A DNA stretch of 63,853 nucleotides, counting the filler, from Folioceros fuciformis (Eukaryota): the NCBI GenBank assembly GCA_049999805.1. It is 10 parts of 10 records of this genome, joined end to end, with 100 filler letters (N's around TTAATTAATTAA, not from the genome) between each part and the next. Parts side by side here need not be neighbours in the genome. Positions count along the whole stretch, not along the records: positions 1 to 9,521 come from JBNGIO010001207.1; positions 9,622 to 11,852 come from JBNGIO010001209.1; positions 11,953 to 14,586 come from JBNGIO010001210.1; 7 more parts are not named here. One strand, written 5' to 3'. Positions 1 to 12,674 of the stretch are shown piece after piece (positions within the stretch are counted from its first letter, which is position 1; the number at the start of each line of letters is the position of its first letter). The notes beneath the pieces are model-generated. The model worked only from the letters and a program-made list of their open reading frames with translations. It did no database searches and had not been told where the DNA came from. The position numbers were made by a program, and so were the translations under genes.

Positions 1-122
1 AGGCAAATCTTGGAGTCGGCTGTGGAGGTGTACTTAGACTGATCCACATTTCCTTCGCTCTGGCCGTGCCGCACAAGAATTATGCGAGTCGGCCGCCGCC
101 GGGGAAGGCAATCTTCCGCCAT
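1..122 (-). CDS. 5' end of a histidine phosphatase / phosphoglycerate mutase-like protein (runs off the window start)
   Basis: Manual translation from ATG at 122 gives MAEDCLPRRRPTRIILVRHGQSEGNVDQSKYTSTADSKICL, containing the RHG phosphohistidine motif. Not in the ORF track because it is truncated. The true start may lie further upstream. Confidence 0.85.
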   Translation of the reverse strand, partial: MAEDCLPRRRPTRIILVRHGQSEGNVDQSKYTSTADSKIC

Positions 123-450
123 TCCATTCACCAAAATCACCAATTCTCTGTTACTCCACGCAATTTCCGAATCCGTGCCACTGTTTTCTACGTCGCTCCC
201 CGTCTCATCACCGCGCTGAAGCCTATCGCTGATCCAGCGTTCTCTGCGGCATGGAAGGCGCTCCCTGCCTTTGGCCAGCTCCGGCAGCTCGGCTTCCGGC
301 TCCTGCACTAAACTGCGGCGCGTTAGTTGCGCTGTCTCGGGGAAGATGATGATGGCCACCTGGAGACGCGTTTGCCTCGTGTGAAAGCGGATACCAAAAG
401 TGGTGTCACACGATGGTGTCCACCGCGTGCTTAAGCACTCGCACTATTTA

Positions 451-2295
451 TTAGCCGGAAGCTACATGCGAGCCGTCCAGGGCCTCGCAGGCACAAACGG
501 GAGACTGGGAGAAGGGCACCTCTTGCCTTCCACGCTGATACTGCTGCTTCTCCAGGACCCGGGTCACCCAGGACGCGAGGTACGTTGCATTTAGACCTAC
601 AGTGGCGTCTTTGTGAAACAGGAAGCATCTGAGTTCCTCTGATGGAGGGTGTGGGCAGTCTGGGCCTTGGGGGTCTCGCCACACGCCTTCGTGACGAAGG
701 CGGGACCAGTCTGCCAGCCACTTGTAGATGTACTGCCCGATGCCTGCGAACTCCAGCCATCCTTTGGGGAGCATCTCCATGATAGCACCGCCGGGAGACA
801 TGAAGAGCATGTTGGTGAGCTGGGCTCCGTGGGGTGTAATGAAGACGTCCGTGCTGCTCATCACTTGGACCTGCAGGTGATGGGGGGAGAGTCGTCAGAG
901 TTCAGCAGGAATGGAGCTGAAATGGGTGGGCAAGCAGAGGGTGGTGGACGTGACCTGTTCGCAGAAGCTTAAGTTGGCGACGGGCACCACTTGAAGACGA
1001 CACCCAGCAAACTTCCGGCACTGCTCGTCTATCACAGAGGCCACCCCTGATTCGTTGGTAAAAGCCCTGGCCCCCGATCTGGTGAGCAGGGTGACTGAAA
1101 TCCCCTCCTCTGCAGGGCCCGGACCTTTCACCTTACAGAACTTCCTGGCCCTACACCTGACGATGTCAATGAGGGTGTTGAGATTTTCCAGGGACATGCC
1201 TCCCAGCCCTCGCCTGTTCACAACAGCCCTCTCGAAACACACAGGTCGGTCACCATAAGGAGCTGTGGCATCTGTTCGGAGAGAGCCTCCCAAGGCTGAA
1301 CGCATGATGCTTGCAATCCACGGTCCCATGTCCGTCACAAGCTCTCCCCAGTGGTATAGGACCAACCTGTTGGGAACTGCACATGAATTCCTAGATCTCC
1401 AAGATATGAAATACACCAGAGCCGACATGCTGTGCCAAGGGTTGTGGTAGTCCCAGTAATTGTCAGCCACGAGGGTCAATCCTGGCATAAACACGGCATT
1501 AGATGGTAGGAAATCCTTCCACGCGAAGGCATAAAAGTTCAGAGTGCCGTCATAGGAGTGGTTGCCCTTCAGGCATAACAGCCTCTTGTACGGATCATCT
1601 GCTGGAAAGTCAAATGACTCCGGCAACCCGTCCTTTGACTGACCGTCAATGGAACTCATGAACCAATTGTGGCCAGTTTCACTCAGCCCAGATTCCCGGC
1701 TGTCTTTCAATTTCCGAAACACTGTGGACGCAACCAGCTTGCTTCTCATGTCAGCAACAACTCTCCTGTGCTTCTCAGACAACTCCAACCTGTCACTCTC
1801 GTCCCTCTCCTCCGTCGCCCTCCGATCGGACTCTGCTGCTGCCCTTCCTTCAGTTACGCCTTTCGTCAGCAATGTAATCCTCTCCTTCAAAGTCACTGCC
1901 TCCCTCCTCAGGCTCTCCAACACACTAATCGCCGCGTCCACATCTGCGCTGTTCGGGCTTCCCAGGAACAGAACCTCCTTCAGGCAGGACACTTCTTCAA
2001 CCATGGCTTCCAACGAGTCGTTCCTGCTAGCACATAGCAGAGATGCTCTCATCCGGCTCCGCATGTCACGCAGCTGTGATGCCACACTAACCTCCGCTGC
2101 ACTGGCATTTGGACTGGACATGGAATTGCTCTCAGAAAAGATGTCCACGAGGGGTTTGCTGGCCTTGGAGTAGGAACAGTACCACTTCGTCTCAAAAGCC
2201 CAAAACTGCAGGAAAATAAGAAACCCAATGCAAACAGCCAGGTAGCTCAGAAACTTCTCGTCTCTGCAAAAACTCTGCGGCTTCAGGATGGCCAT
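451..2295 (-). CDS. Glycosyltransferase family 61 (DUF563) type II membrane protein, 2 exons (2295-955, 870-451)
   Basis: N-terminal TM helix, coiled stem, NPWHSMSAL and CFERAVV segments, and C-terminal STDVFITPHGAQLTNMLFM...EMLPKGW. An 84-nt GT-AG intron (954-871) joins LSFCEQ|VQVMSS in frame. Confidence 0.88.
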
Positions 2296-3106
2296 CCCCT
2301 CCCGCTATGCCTCTCCCGAGATAAGGGCAATGTCTTTCATCACAGAAATCAGTTCCCTGCACCATACGTCATCACCTTCATTCATGCCCACTCCCTACAC
2401 TCCAGTCCCAGAGGCCAGCATCCGCAGCTCCTCTGTCTCTGTCCTTAAACTGGACCATACAAAACCGTGCTTGCAACTCCAGCAACCACACAATGTAAGC
2501 ATCAGCAGTAGCAGCCATCTCTGCAAGAACTTCGCGCTCTGTTCCTCAAGAAAGCGTGCAAGCCGGAACGCGGATCTTGTTGCAACCGTTCACGGTCCTT
2601 CGTCTCAATACTGAACCCTACGCTCAAATACCCACTGTCCAATCCAGTCCGATCGGGGACGGGGACGTTTCTTTTTTCAAGAAACCGATTCGAAACGGCA
2701 CAAGACCACCTGGCTTCGCTGCACAGTAGCATGCCTCCCCTGGCTTTACATGTGTCACCGGCTTTGCGCGCAGGATGGAAGCTTGTGTGAATTCGACCGT
2801 GGTGCCACCGCCACACGACACCTCTGCAACCGTTTCACAAGCCTGCTTCCTCCGCCAAGTATGCGCAATCCGATTCCCATTTTTCATTGAAGGAAATGTT
2901 GTGCAGCTGCAGCTTGCGCTTGTCGTCAGTGACTTCCGGTTTGTCACCGATTCTTGCAGCGTGGCCGTCCGTTCTGTTGCATGTGCGTTGTGTTTTTCTG
3001 TTTTGAACACGTCCGCTTTCGTCAACCGCAACTTTGATGTGTTGCAAACTTTGCAGGTGCTGGGAGAAAACTTGAGGCGTAGACAATGCTTGCTGCTTTA
3101 TGATCA

Positions 3107-3988
3107 ATGGACGTGGAAGAGACTTTATTGTGGCTCGTGTTCGGGCGGCTGGACAGCCAGAGCCTGGCCGCTGCATGCCTGGTGTCAAGGGAGTGGCTGA
3201 AGGCAGCGAGGGATGAGGACCTGTGGAAGCATCTGTCGTGCGAGAAATGGCCTTCTCTTGCCACGGACGGTGGGAGGCGCGTGCTGGAGTCGTTCGGAGG
3301 AAGCTACAGGGAGTTTTACGCGCAGAGGAGCAAGGCAGCGCGGTTTCGATCGCATCCACCTCCCGAACTGCAAGTGTATGATCTTATTGTTCTTTTGGAC
3401 ATCCAGTTTAACGGGGACACGGTTGCTTCTGTCATTCGGCGAGGGGATGAAATGACTCCGATCCATAGCTGGGAAGGGAGTATGTTTCGTTTCTCCTTGG
3501 ATATAACGAAGGCAGATCTGGGAAGGACACCGGGGTTCGTTAAGGTCAGTTCTTTGGATCCCGGAACAGGAACTACCCAGGACTCTCGTGGAGCGGCAGT
3601 GGATTGTCATGGCCACGCCCTGAGGAAGCTTAGAAGATCCGAAATCAAGAATTTCGATGTGAGTTGGGCCATCATGGTGCAAGGAAGCTCCAAGATTGTG
3701 CAGGTCCTTCAGACAAGGGGAGGCACTTTTGTGGACAATGTGTGCTCCTTCTCCGGCCGGTTGCCTCGCATTGTTGGATATCCCGTGACTGCAAGCAATC
3801 TCATGGCGGAAGTGGATCTGGTGTTCGAATCCACTCGAGATCCACGAGCAAGCGCCAGTCGCACATTCCTCCGCTACTCTACCTTCAAGGAGATCCGCGT
3901 GAGCGTGATCAATGCAGACTCCTGGCGATACATATCTCATGACGAAGCTCTAGGATATTTGCACCATCTGCTCCAACATCACGACTGA
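3107..3988 (+). CDS. F-box protein, single coding exon
   Basis: 293-aa ORF with an N-terminal F-box motif: LLWLVFGRLDSQSLAAACLVSREWLKAARDEDLWKHL. Confidence 0.85.
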   Translation: MDVEETLLWLVFGRLDSQSLAAACLVSREWLKAARDEDLWKHLSCEKWPSLATDGGRRVLESFGGSYREFYAQRSKAARFRSHPPPELQVYDLIVLLDIQFNGDTVASVIRRGDEMTPIHSWEGSMFRFSLDITKADLGRTPGFVKVSSLDPGTGTTQDSRGAAVDCHGHALRKLRRSEIKNFDVSWAIMVQGSSKIVQVLQTRGGTFVDNVCSFSGRLPRIVGYPVTASNLMAEVDLVFESTRDPRASASRTFLRYSTFKEIRVSVINADSWRYISHDEALGYLHHLLQHHD

Positions 3989-4361
3989 GGAGCGAAAGTG
4001 CAGTTGGCCTTCAACCCTTTTCTTTCAGTTCTTTCTCTGCGTTGAAGTAGCATCCACAGAGAACTATTGGCAGTTCCTCTTAGAACCATTTTCAGATTAG
4101 CTTATGACATGATAACACAAATACCCATATTTATCATCATAACTCTTAAACATACAATTCCTGCCTCGTCGACTTTTTGTAAGAGTCCGGGCGGCTGATG
4201 ACTACACTCCCTCTACACGTCACTGATTCCTCTGGGTGGCATAGGGAAACAAGCAGCAGAATCCTAACCTGAGAAAACCCAAAAGGATCAGACTGCCCTG
4301 CCTGCCTGCCTTCTTCAGACGGTCCAAGCACCAACTGAGCCACAAATTATGTTGATCCGAA

Positions 4362-7300
4362 TTAACTGGAATCTGATCTACCATGGCACCCAAAGTCAAG
4401 CGCAACTACAGATGTATTGTCTCTTGTGCGCATGATACGAGCCTTCGTTACAAGCAGCTCTGCTATGCTTTCAGCAATTCCGTGCCTTCCCTTCATAGCG
4501 TTCCCGTTCTGAGCCTAAACAAGACACAGCAGGATGAATCAGTCCCAACCGCCTTGAGAAACAGTTCATGAACTCCAACAAACGCGTCGAGGAGTTGAAA
4601 TTACCTCCACAGCCAGCTGCAAGGCACGCTTTGGGCTAAGTACATCCCAGAGGCCATCGCTGCATTGCTAGCAAAAGAATCAGACGAGGGTAAAATGACA
4701 CGCTGCATCACAGGCGAAGTTAAGGGAACAAAAGGTGACTGACCTGGCGATGATGGCCACAGCTCTGCTGTCAAGTGGTATCCGCAGGACTTCGCTGACG
4801 TAGGGCTCTGAAGAGAAACTCTCTTCTTGCTCCTTCAAATATTTGTCCCCGAGGGCACGTGCGATATTCATTCCTGGAAAGAACTTAGATTATGTAACAC
4901 AGCCTGAAAACCGTCTTGGATATAGAGTGGATGATTCGACTGGAAGAAAACAGGGAATAAAAGGGCTTGCACACAAACCACAAATACGGGTCTCCCCTTC
5001 TTTGAGCTGCTTTCCCATTTCTAGCAGACGTGAACGCTCTGAGAGACTGGTGACTCTGTGGTCCTCTGTCATGCTGATTTGCTTATCAGCAACACTGCGA
5101 GGCGGAAGGTTCAAAAAAGTCATTTAAACTTTGTCTTTCCGACAGTCTGGAATCGAAAAGACCCATGACAGAACATGACGAGAGAGTGCACAAGACAGCA
5201 TTCACCTGAAGACACAAGCTGAGTCCCCGACATTTGCACATTGTGCATAAAATCCCTGGTGTTCATCAAGCCAAACTAGAAGCACTGTAGCTGTGCAACC
5301 CTGGAAAGAAATGTCAACACCTCGTTAAGATCTTAACGTCAACCTGAACTCTGGTGGTGGGCCACATAAGTGAACCGATTCCAGACAAACCCAAGCCAGC
5401 AGCACAAAGCACAGCATCACATCAAAGCTGCTCCACCTCATAGTCATTGTCAAGAGCGGCCTCTGTTTCTTTGAAAGCGGCTCTTAACACGCTTGCAGCA
5501 TCATGGTTTGAGAGGACCGAGCACCTCTTATCCTCATCCGATAGCAAGTCGGACAACTTCTGTGGCATTATTCTGCACCACAAAAAGAATCGTCAGGCCA
5601 CGCAATCAAGCTTGGCAAACTTGTTGTCCTAGTCTGTCATGTTCACAACAAATGAACATGGAAGTGATAACTTCTTCCACACTTCTCACATGGTGCGGTA
5701 GGACTGCTAACGGTAATACCTCTCTCAACCAACTGTTTTCCTCATGTCTATGCGTGATTCGTCTTCTCTCTACCCCACTTCTTGCCAACAGGAAGACATA
5801 CAGACCATAGGCCACATGAGCAAGCCCAAGAAGGTAAGGGGAAGCAAAGACTGGCAGCAATGTTGCAGTTTGAGAGTATCTGCTGTTAACTCCCACTCAG
5901 CATTTCAGGACAGCTAGAAACGAGAACGACTAAGATAACGCCCAGTGCCCAACAAGGTAAGGATTGCCATACAAATACCTGCTAACAGCCTCTGCAGCTG
6001 CTGCACCACCATGTCCATCAAAGACACAGAATATGCCAAACTGCAACACATTGCAAACATTATTAGATCACATGTGGTAGCAACAGAACATTGAGCAAGG
6101 GGTCACACACTCCACACACCTCTGGAACACCTCGAAGTGGCCATTCACAATGGCATAAATCCTCCATTGGTAGCTTCTTCCCTCCCTTGCGCAGACTCAT
6201 TGGATCAGCCGCAACACCCACTCCAAAAGGCACAGAAGAGATGAATGAGCTGAAGTCTTCAAATCCATTCAGGATGCGCACCTATAGCACATATAGGTGT
6301 CTCAGTCATCCTTGTAACCCCATCACTGAGGAGACAAATTTAATCATGAGCTTTTACCAGCACTTCAGAGCTTGATCCAAGAGTGACAATGTCCCCATTT
6401 GAAAGTCCAATAGGAGTTCCATGTAGCCTGGCTTGACTATTTGAATTCTGAGTGGCAGCAATGGACTGATGGTTCACGAGGGTGCCATTCAGACTCCCCA
6501 GATCCACAATCTCCCATTTCGAGACCTGTTGACGTCCAGGACAGATTATTGGTGTTGAATTCATGTGCGATAGCCTGCCGGAAGCATCACGGGTTTTCTA
6601 TAGAAGACTACGATGAGGGACTTAAACGCGCAAGAAAACTACAAAGGCGACAGAAATCACCTTCGAATTCCATGAAATGAGCCCATGCTTGCCCGAAACC
6701 TCAGGATCATTTAGGACCAAGTCATTTTGTGGGACTCGTCCCAATGTCAGAGATAGCCTTGACCCAGTTTTGGACTCCCGTACAACGCACACTCCAGAAG
6801 AGGGCCCCGAGATCACTTCGAGGGACAACCTGCAATCTGCACACGTGATCTCTTCAGCTAATTTTGCAGCCAGACGCCCAGGCCAACAGCACCTGCAATA
6901 AAGGAAGCCGAACCAGCTCCCAGCGCAAAACCAGAACAGGGCAGGAAAGCGGAGCCGTACTGTGACTCGGTTTGCAAGGAAGGACAAATTTAGGTGGAGG
7001 AGCAGTGGCAGCAGCCGCACTCTTATCTTTATCACCATGCTCAACACTCGGCGCTTGTCTGGTGTCTTCAGCACTAGCTGGTCTAGAGCGCTTATTCCTC
7101 AAAGTTTCACCGAGGTACAACTCTTCCTGAATCAAAGGTTCGGAGGCCTCTGACACCTGCAAGTCCAGCAGCAAGACCACACCGTCACCAGCATCACACA
7201 CCACTCACTTGCCAGCCACATCCTCACCACCGTCAAACCTAAATGACCCACCTCCTTGGCCTTAGACTGCTGACACCAACGGCGCATTGATCTGTACAAT

Positions 7301-7368
7301 CCATATCCCACCAACACAATCGCTACGACAACCAACACCTCTCCAAAAATCTTCTCTGACATTCTCAT
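4362..7368 (-). CDS. KAPP: Kinase-associated protein phosphatase (membrane anchor + FHA + PP2C), multi-exon
   Basis: N-terminal TM (VLVVVAIVLVGYGLY). FHA segments LTLGRVPQNDLVLNDPEVSGKH and WEIVDLGSLNGT. PP2C segments PFGVGVAADPMSLRKGGKKLPMED, VFDGHGG, CANVGDS, MTEDHRVTS, NIARALGDKYLK, SDGLWD and RTRDNTSVVALDF. Stop TAA at 4364-4362. Confidence 0.93.
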
Positions 7369-7732
7369 GCATCGGCCCCACGGAGAGAGCTGGCACCACT
7401 AATCCAGGAACGCCAATTCCGAAAACTCCTAATCCTGCAGATCCAAGGACACACAAATCAAATTTCCAAGCCAACCCAACGGACGATGCAGCGCACTCTG
7501 AGCCAATGCCGCCACAAAACCCACCACACACCTCCTTCTCACAGAATCCAGGTGTAATGTAAAATGCCAGGCACCGTCGATCAAATCCGAAACGCGTCAC
7601 TGTGCAGCAGCGGCCCAAGCACAGAATTGCAAACCTAAAGCGTCCGTGCGAGCTGAGATCGGGTGGAGACGGAACTAGAAACAGCGCAGGCAGGGAGGTG
7701 TGAGAAGCCTGAGGCCGGAGTTGGAGCAGGAA

Positions 7733-7785
7733 CCGGTGCCCGTGCCCGTGCCCGTGCCCGTGCCGGAGCCGGAGCCGGGACCGGA
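7733..7785. repeat. GC-rich hexamer microsatellite (GTGCCC)x~5 followed by (GGAGCC)x2, upstream of KAPP
   Basis: Directly visible in the sequence. Confidence 0.85.
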
Positions 7786-8968
7786 GACGATGCAGATCGA
7801 CGTCGCTGCTGTTGGCAGTACCCGTCCGTCAGCGGGCCTCACAGCCGACGGGCTGGGCAGGACAAAGACGCTGCAGCGCCGTGGGCCACCATGGCCATAC
7901 CAAACCATGGGCCTGGCTGGGCCCTCCTACGTTGGGTGCTCACTGTGAACGGCAACCACATGGAAGTCCTGCCCCATTTCCCCCCAATTGCAAGCCTCCA
8001 GTATACATGACTCCCGTTCTCCATCACTACTTTTTATATCGCTTCCATCGTTTGCCTGCACACACGATTCTACGCCCGTTTTTCTTTCAAGCTACGTGCT
8101 CAATTATCGCGCCACGGTTCTGCACACACGATTCTGCACCCGTTTTTTATTTCAACTCGGTTTTCACCTCGAGCTTCTAACTTTCCACTAAAACTGCCCA
8201 GCACCGTATTTTTTGTCAAACACACTCCTTGCATATGTTTTGAAATTACAGTACTCTCATGAAATTGTATCTAGTTCTAGGTTCCCAGTGTACCAGTTTA
8301 TCTTTCTACAGTGGTTTGCATTTAAAATCTTTTTTTCACAAATATTATGATATATTTATATTTATATTTATGGTGGAAACTTAAGTTTAAATTAAATAAT
8401 TAAAATATGGACACTGTAGCATAAAAAAAGAGATGGAAATGCATATAACCCTAAAACAAAGGTGGGATGACCGGTCACTTAGATTAGGAAGCCTAGCCTC
8501 CATAATCATGCCTATTGCAATGACAAAGATGACAAGATCAAACAACAAGATGTCTGATGTCTGGATTAGATGGGATAATGTTTCTTAACATCTGATATTC
8601 AAGTGCGTCCGAGACAGTGCTCCTTGACATCCAATGTCTAGGACAATGCTCATGGGCCTACATGGACATAGACATAGATAATGCTGAACCACGCAAATTG
8701 GACGTTTGGTGCACGTGGTAGTAAGACGAGGCTTAGAGCTTAATAAAGCCCTTTCAGTCCTCCGATTTGATGAGGCATGAAGAAGAAGAAGAAGAATTTT
8801 ATTTAAGTCCACTAAGGACATATTTCTGTCATGGTACAAAATTGTCAGACATTGAAAAGAAAAAGAAGACACTTAACAGTTAATCTGAGCGTAATGCATG
8901 ATCTGTGAGGTTGAACTTTTACATATGTCGTGCTCTCATCTCCCACATTTGTTTCAAACAAACTCCTC

Positions 8969-9051
8969 CAATAATAGGATCCGGAAAACAAAACCTGCAA
9001 TAATAGGATCCGGAAAACAAAACCTGCAATAATAGGATCCTGAAAACAAAA
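8969..9051. repeat. 29-bp tandem repeat (CAATAATAGGATCCGGAAAACAAAACCTG) x~3, probably within an LTR remnant
   Basis: Copies start at 8969, 8998 and 9027. A second short repeat (GGAAGGCTTGGTTTCCCGGGCTTGGA) lies at about 9312-9365. Confidence 0.8.
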
Positions 9052-9521
9052 GAATCCCCCAATGAAACCCCGCTATAAATAAACATACAAAATTCTATTG
9101 AATATCCTCATATATGGGACCAAGACCAAATTGTTCTTCCGTCTTAACATCCCTATAGCATAACCTACAAATTCGAGACTGCTTTGAGAGCTTTGGGGAA
9201 GCCATCTATCCGTCTTCACCCTAAGATGATGAGGTTAAGACGATGAGAGCCAACCCAAAAATGGCCCATAATTATCCTAAGGTTAAAAGATACATGGGTG
9301 CGAAGATAAACAGGAAGGCTTGGTTTCCCGGGCTTGGAGGAAGGCTTGGTTTCCCGGGCTTGGAGAGGACACAGAAACATTGCTTCCAAGCCTTCCCCGG
9401 CTTGGAGAGCACACAAAACCATTGCTTGTATGTTTCAAACCTAATAGGTAAAGGAGACAAAAGATGACCAAGTGCATGACAGATAGATAGTTTGTAGTTC
9501 ATGGCAATTATTTGGGGGAGA

Positions 9522-9621
9522 NNNNNNNNNNNNNNNNNNNNNNNNNNNNNNNNNNNNNNNNNNNNTTAATTAATTAANNNNNNNNNNNNNNNNNNNNNNN
9601 NNNNNNNNNNNNNNNNNNNNN
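9522..9621. other. Artificial contig linker N44-TTAATTAATTAA-N44 (also at 11853, 14587, 37415, 41160, 48862, 51306, 56326, 61320)
   Basis: Nine identical 100-bp spacers carrying stop codons in all six frames; an assembly artefact. Confidence 0.98.
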
Positions 9622-11852
9622 GCCTCGCAGCCAAACACTCGTAGATGCTTGTATGACAGCTTCTTTCTGGACCACATCTCATTTTGAACCTGTTCATCCA
9701 CAGCCCTATTAGGAGATCTATTAATAAGATGCATCGTGGTAACCACTGCTTCTACCCAAAATCCATTAAGCAATCTAGAGTTTGACAACAAACTACACAT
9801 CCTCTCCTGGATGGTCCTGTTCATTCGTTTAGCCACACCATTCTGGGGAGGAGTATACGGCGCAATCAATTCTCTCTTGATTCCCTTGGAATCATAGAAT
9901 GATTAGAAAGCCTTCGAAACATACTCTCCTCAATTGTTTGTCCTTAGACACTTTAGTCAGAGGTCAAACTGATTCTCCACAAGGGTGATGAATTTCTGAA
10001 ACACTATCAGAACGTCATCCTTTTTCCTCAAAGGATAAACCCACACCTTGCGTGAGAAATCATCAATGAAAGTGACAAAATAGGATGCACTGTCTAACGA
10101 TACAGTGGGCATCGGTCCACAAACGTCACTGTGAACCAATTCAAGAGGTTTACTTTTGTGTTTACCTCTTGCTTCATGTGGTGACTTGGTTTGTTTTCCA
10201 TACAAACAGTGATCACACACGGAGAAATCGGAGAAGTGAAAAGCAAGGACGTAACCAAAACGAGATGGTATCTTCATTCCTTTTTGAGACATATGTCCTG
10301 ACCGACTATGCTACAAGAAAACACTTGGCTGTTCCGTTACACAAATCACATGATCCTTGACAGTGATCACCTAAAGTGAGTACAAAGTGCCACACTTCGA
10401 TCCACGAGCTAACACAAGAGAACCTTTGGAGATCTTCCAAGAACGATCTCCAAACCAACAATGGTAGCCAGCGTCATCCAATTACCCTGCGCTTGCTTTT
10501 GATCAACTTCGGAACATACCTAACATCCTTCAGTACAAATGAAGATCCATTGTTGAACTTCAGCTGCACATCACCAACACCTGCAATCTTGCATGCGTAG
10601 TTATTTCCAAGCTGAACACATCCTTTCCTAGTAGCATCATAAGTGCTAAACCACTTCTTATGCGGATTGACTGGGAAGATGCTCTAAAGTCAATTATCCA
10701 ATTAGAGAATAAGTGACTTTCCACGGCTGTCAGTTGTGCAGAATCAAAGGAAGAAGAGATAAGAACATCTGCATTATCAACAGAGTTCACCTCGTCACGC
10801 TTGACACTCAGACTTGCCTTGTTGTCACTCTGCTTCTTCTCCTTTCCTTTGTCCTTCTTGAACTTCTCGCAGTCCCTTCTGATATGACCCTTCTTGTGAC
10901 AATGGTAACACTCAACATTGTTACGACTACGAGACTTATTACAGAAAAGACTTTGCTCCTTTTACTTCCCCTTTGAAGTGGACCTTCCTCTCACCATGAG
11001 GGCATTGGAACTTTTCGAAGGTTCCATATTCTTCCTGTTCACCTCCTCTGTTAACAGGCTACCTTCTACATTTACAATGCTAAGACCACTGGCAGGAGCG
11101 GAATTACTCAGAGCTGTACGAAAGGTGTCCCAGGTCTCTAATAATGTGACCAACAGAAACATAGCCCTCACGGAATCTGGGAACGAGATACCTTGAGATG
11201 AGAGCTGGCTGAAAATGGTATTGAACTCATTCAGATGATCGGACATCCTTATCCCTTCCTTCATCTTCAAGTCCACCAACTATTTCAACCAATACACCTA
11301 AGAAGCCGCATTTTGCTTCTCGTATAGCTCACACAACTTCTGCCATAGCTCATAACTTGTGGTCTTGTCTTTCACATTGAAGTAGACCAAGTTCGACAAT
11401 GTTAGTATGATGGTAGACCTAGTAAGCTCATCTAGATCCTGCCACTCATCCTGAGTCATGCTAACAGGTTTCACTCCTAGCAGCTTGATGAGCTTGATCT
11501 GATTCTTCTGTACTAGAACATTATACACTTGTTCTTTCCAGAACGGGAAGTTAGTACCATCTAACTTCTCGATATTGAACATGACGTTTTCTGAGGACGT
11601 CATGATTCAAAAATTGATGCAAATCAAGCAAAAGGCTAGTTAGAAAATGGTCAAAATGTAATGTAGATTTTGTTGCCCTCAATCTTGTTGCGAATCGATT
11701 GTCCACAATCCAACCCGACAGGCCTAAATCCTCCAATTGAGATCTCGCCACCTTGTGGCCAGGATTCCAGCTAGCTTGCTTCTTGTCGTTCACACCCTGA
11801 CACCCACGCTCGCGTCGCCCGCGTTTGTGTCGCTCTCGTCACCCGCGGCGTC
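9622..11852 (-). mobile_element. Degenerate Ty1/copia LTR retrotransposon (gag-protease-integrase), Tnt1/Tork-like
   Basis: gag begins MTSSENVMFNIEKLDGTNFPFWKEQ. Zinc knuckle CYHCHKKGHIRRDC, protease WIID, GAG-pre-integrase CDHCLYGKQ, and integrase VHSDVCGPM...YTPPQNGVAKRMNRTI. Stops and frameshifts are present. Confidence 0.95.
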
Positions 11853-11952
11853 NNNNNNNNNNNNNNNNNNNNNNNNNNNNNNNNNNNNNNNNNNNNTTAA
11901 TTAATTAANNNNNNNNNNNNNNNNNNNNNNNNNNNNNNNNNNNNNNNNNNNN

Positions 11953-12149
11953 GCAACGCCTGGACTGTGGGTCTTAACCCTCTTGGTATGTTGTGGCCGT
12001 GTTGATACGTCTAAATTGTGTCTATCCTTATGTTGCAGGTACGAAAAGCGATTCACGTGGGAGTGGAGCATGTGACAAACATTGCGCAACAATTCGATGC
12101 AACTTGCCCTGTCCCTACCAAATGCCCTGTTATCGAAACAACGATCTAA
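11953..12149 (+). CDS. Possible 3' end of an unidentified spliced gene
   Basis: A putative 53-nt GT-AG intron (11986-12038) gives ATPGLWVLTLL|VRKAIHVGVEHVTNIAQQFDATCPVPTKCPVIETTI*. No family recognised. Confidence 0.3.
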
Positions 12150-12674
12150 TTTGACTGTGTCTGTCACACTCTATCTCGGTTGTGAGCATGAGAAATACAA
12201 TACTACTGTATATGGCTGTGGGGTACCCTTCCAATCTTAACCCTGTGAGAGCCTAATTTTTTTGGTCCGAACTGGGCTGTCGGCCGTAAGTCTTTTGGTA
12301 AATTTATAAATACACGACTACATATAATTTCGAGCTGCCTGTGCGCATGTTTGGTTAACCAATCCTATTTGACGAGTTACGGCGACGCAACACACGGAGC
12401 CAACGCTGTAGTCTCGCGTGGTCGCCGATTCTCGGGCTTGGCCCTGCGTCTCCATCTCCCCGCCAGGACGCAGCTAGCTGTGGGAGTGTGTAAGATGCAC
12501 GCCAGGCGCGGCATCTGTGATTTTGTGTTGCCCTTACATCCGCGCAAAACCAGAGGAGGAGCGGCGGGAAGTAGGCAGGAGGAGGAAGCCGCAGTGGCAG
12601 CAGCAGGAGCAGAACGAGCCGGGTGGATCTGCATCCAGGGTGCCCGCTCTTAAGGTCGACTGTCGCTGGGGCAA

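Noticed and set aside
8969-9051. 29-bp repeats of CRISPR-like length
   Set aside because: Head-to-tail with no spacers; a simple tandem repeat.
9522-9621. Recurrent palindromic TTAATTAATTAA between N runs (9 times)
   Set aside because: Identical 100-bp scaffolding linker with six-frame stops, so not biological. Adjacency across linkers should not be over-interpreted.
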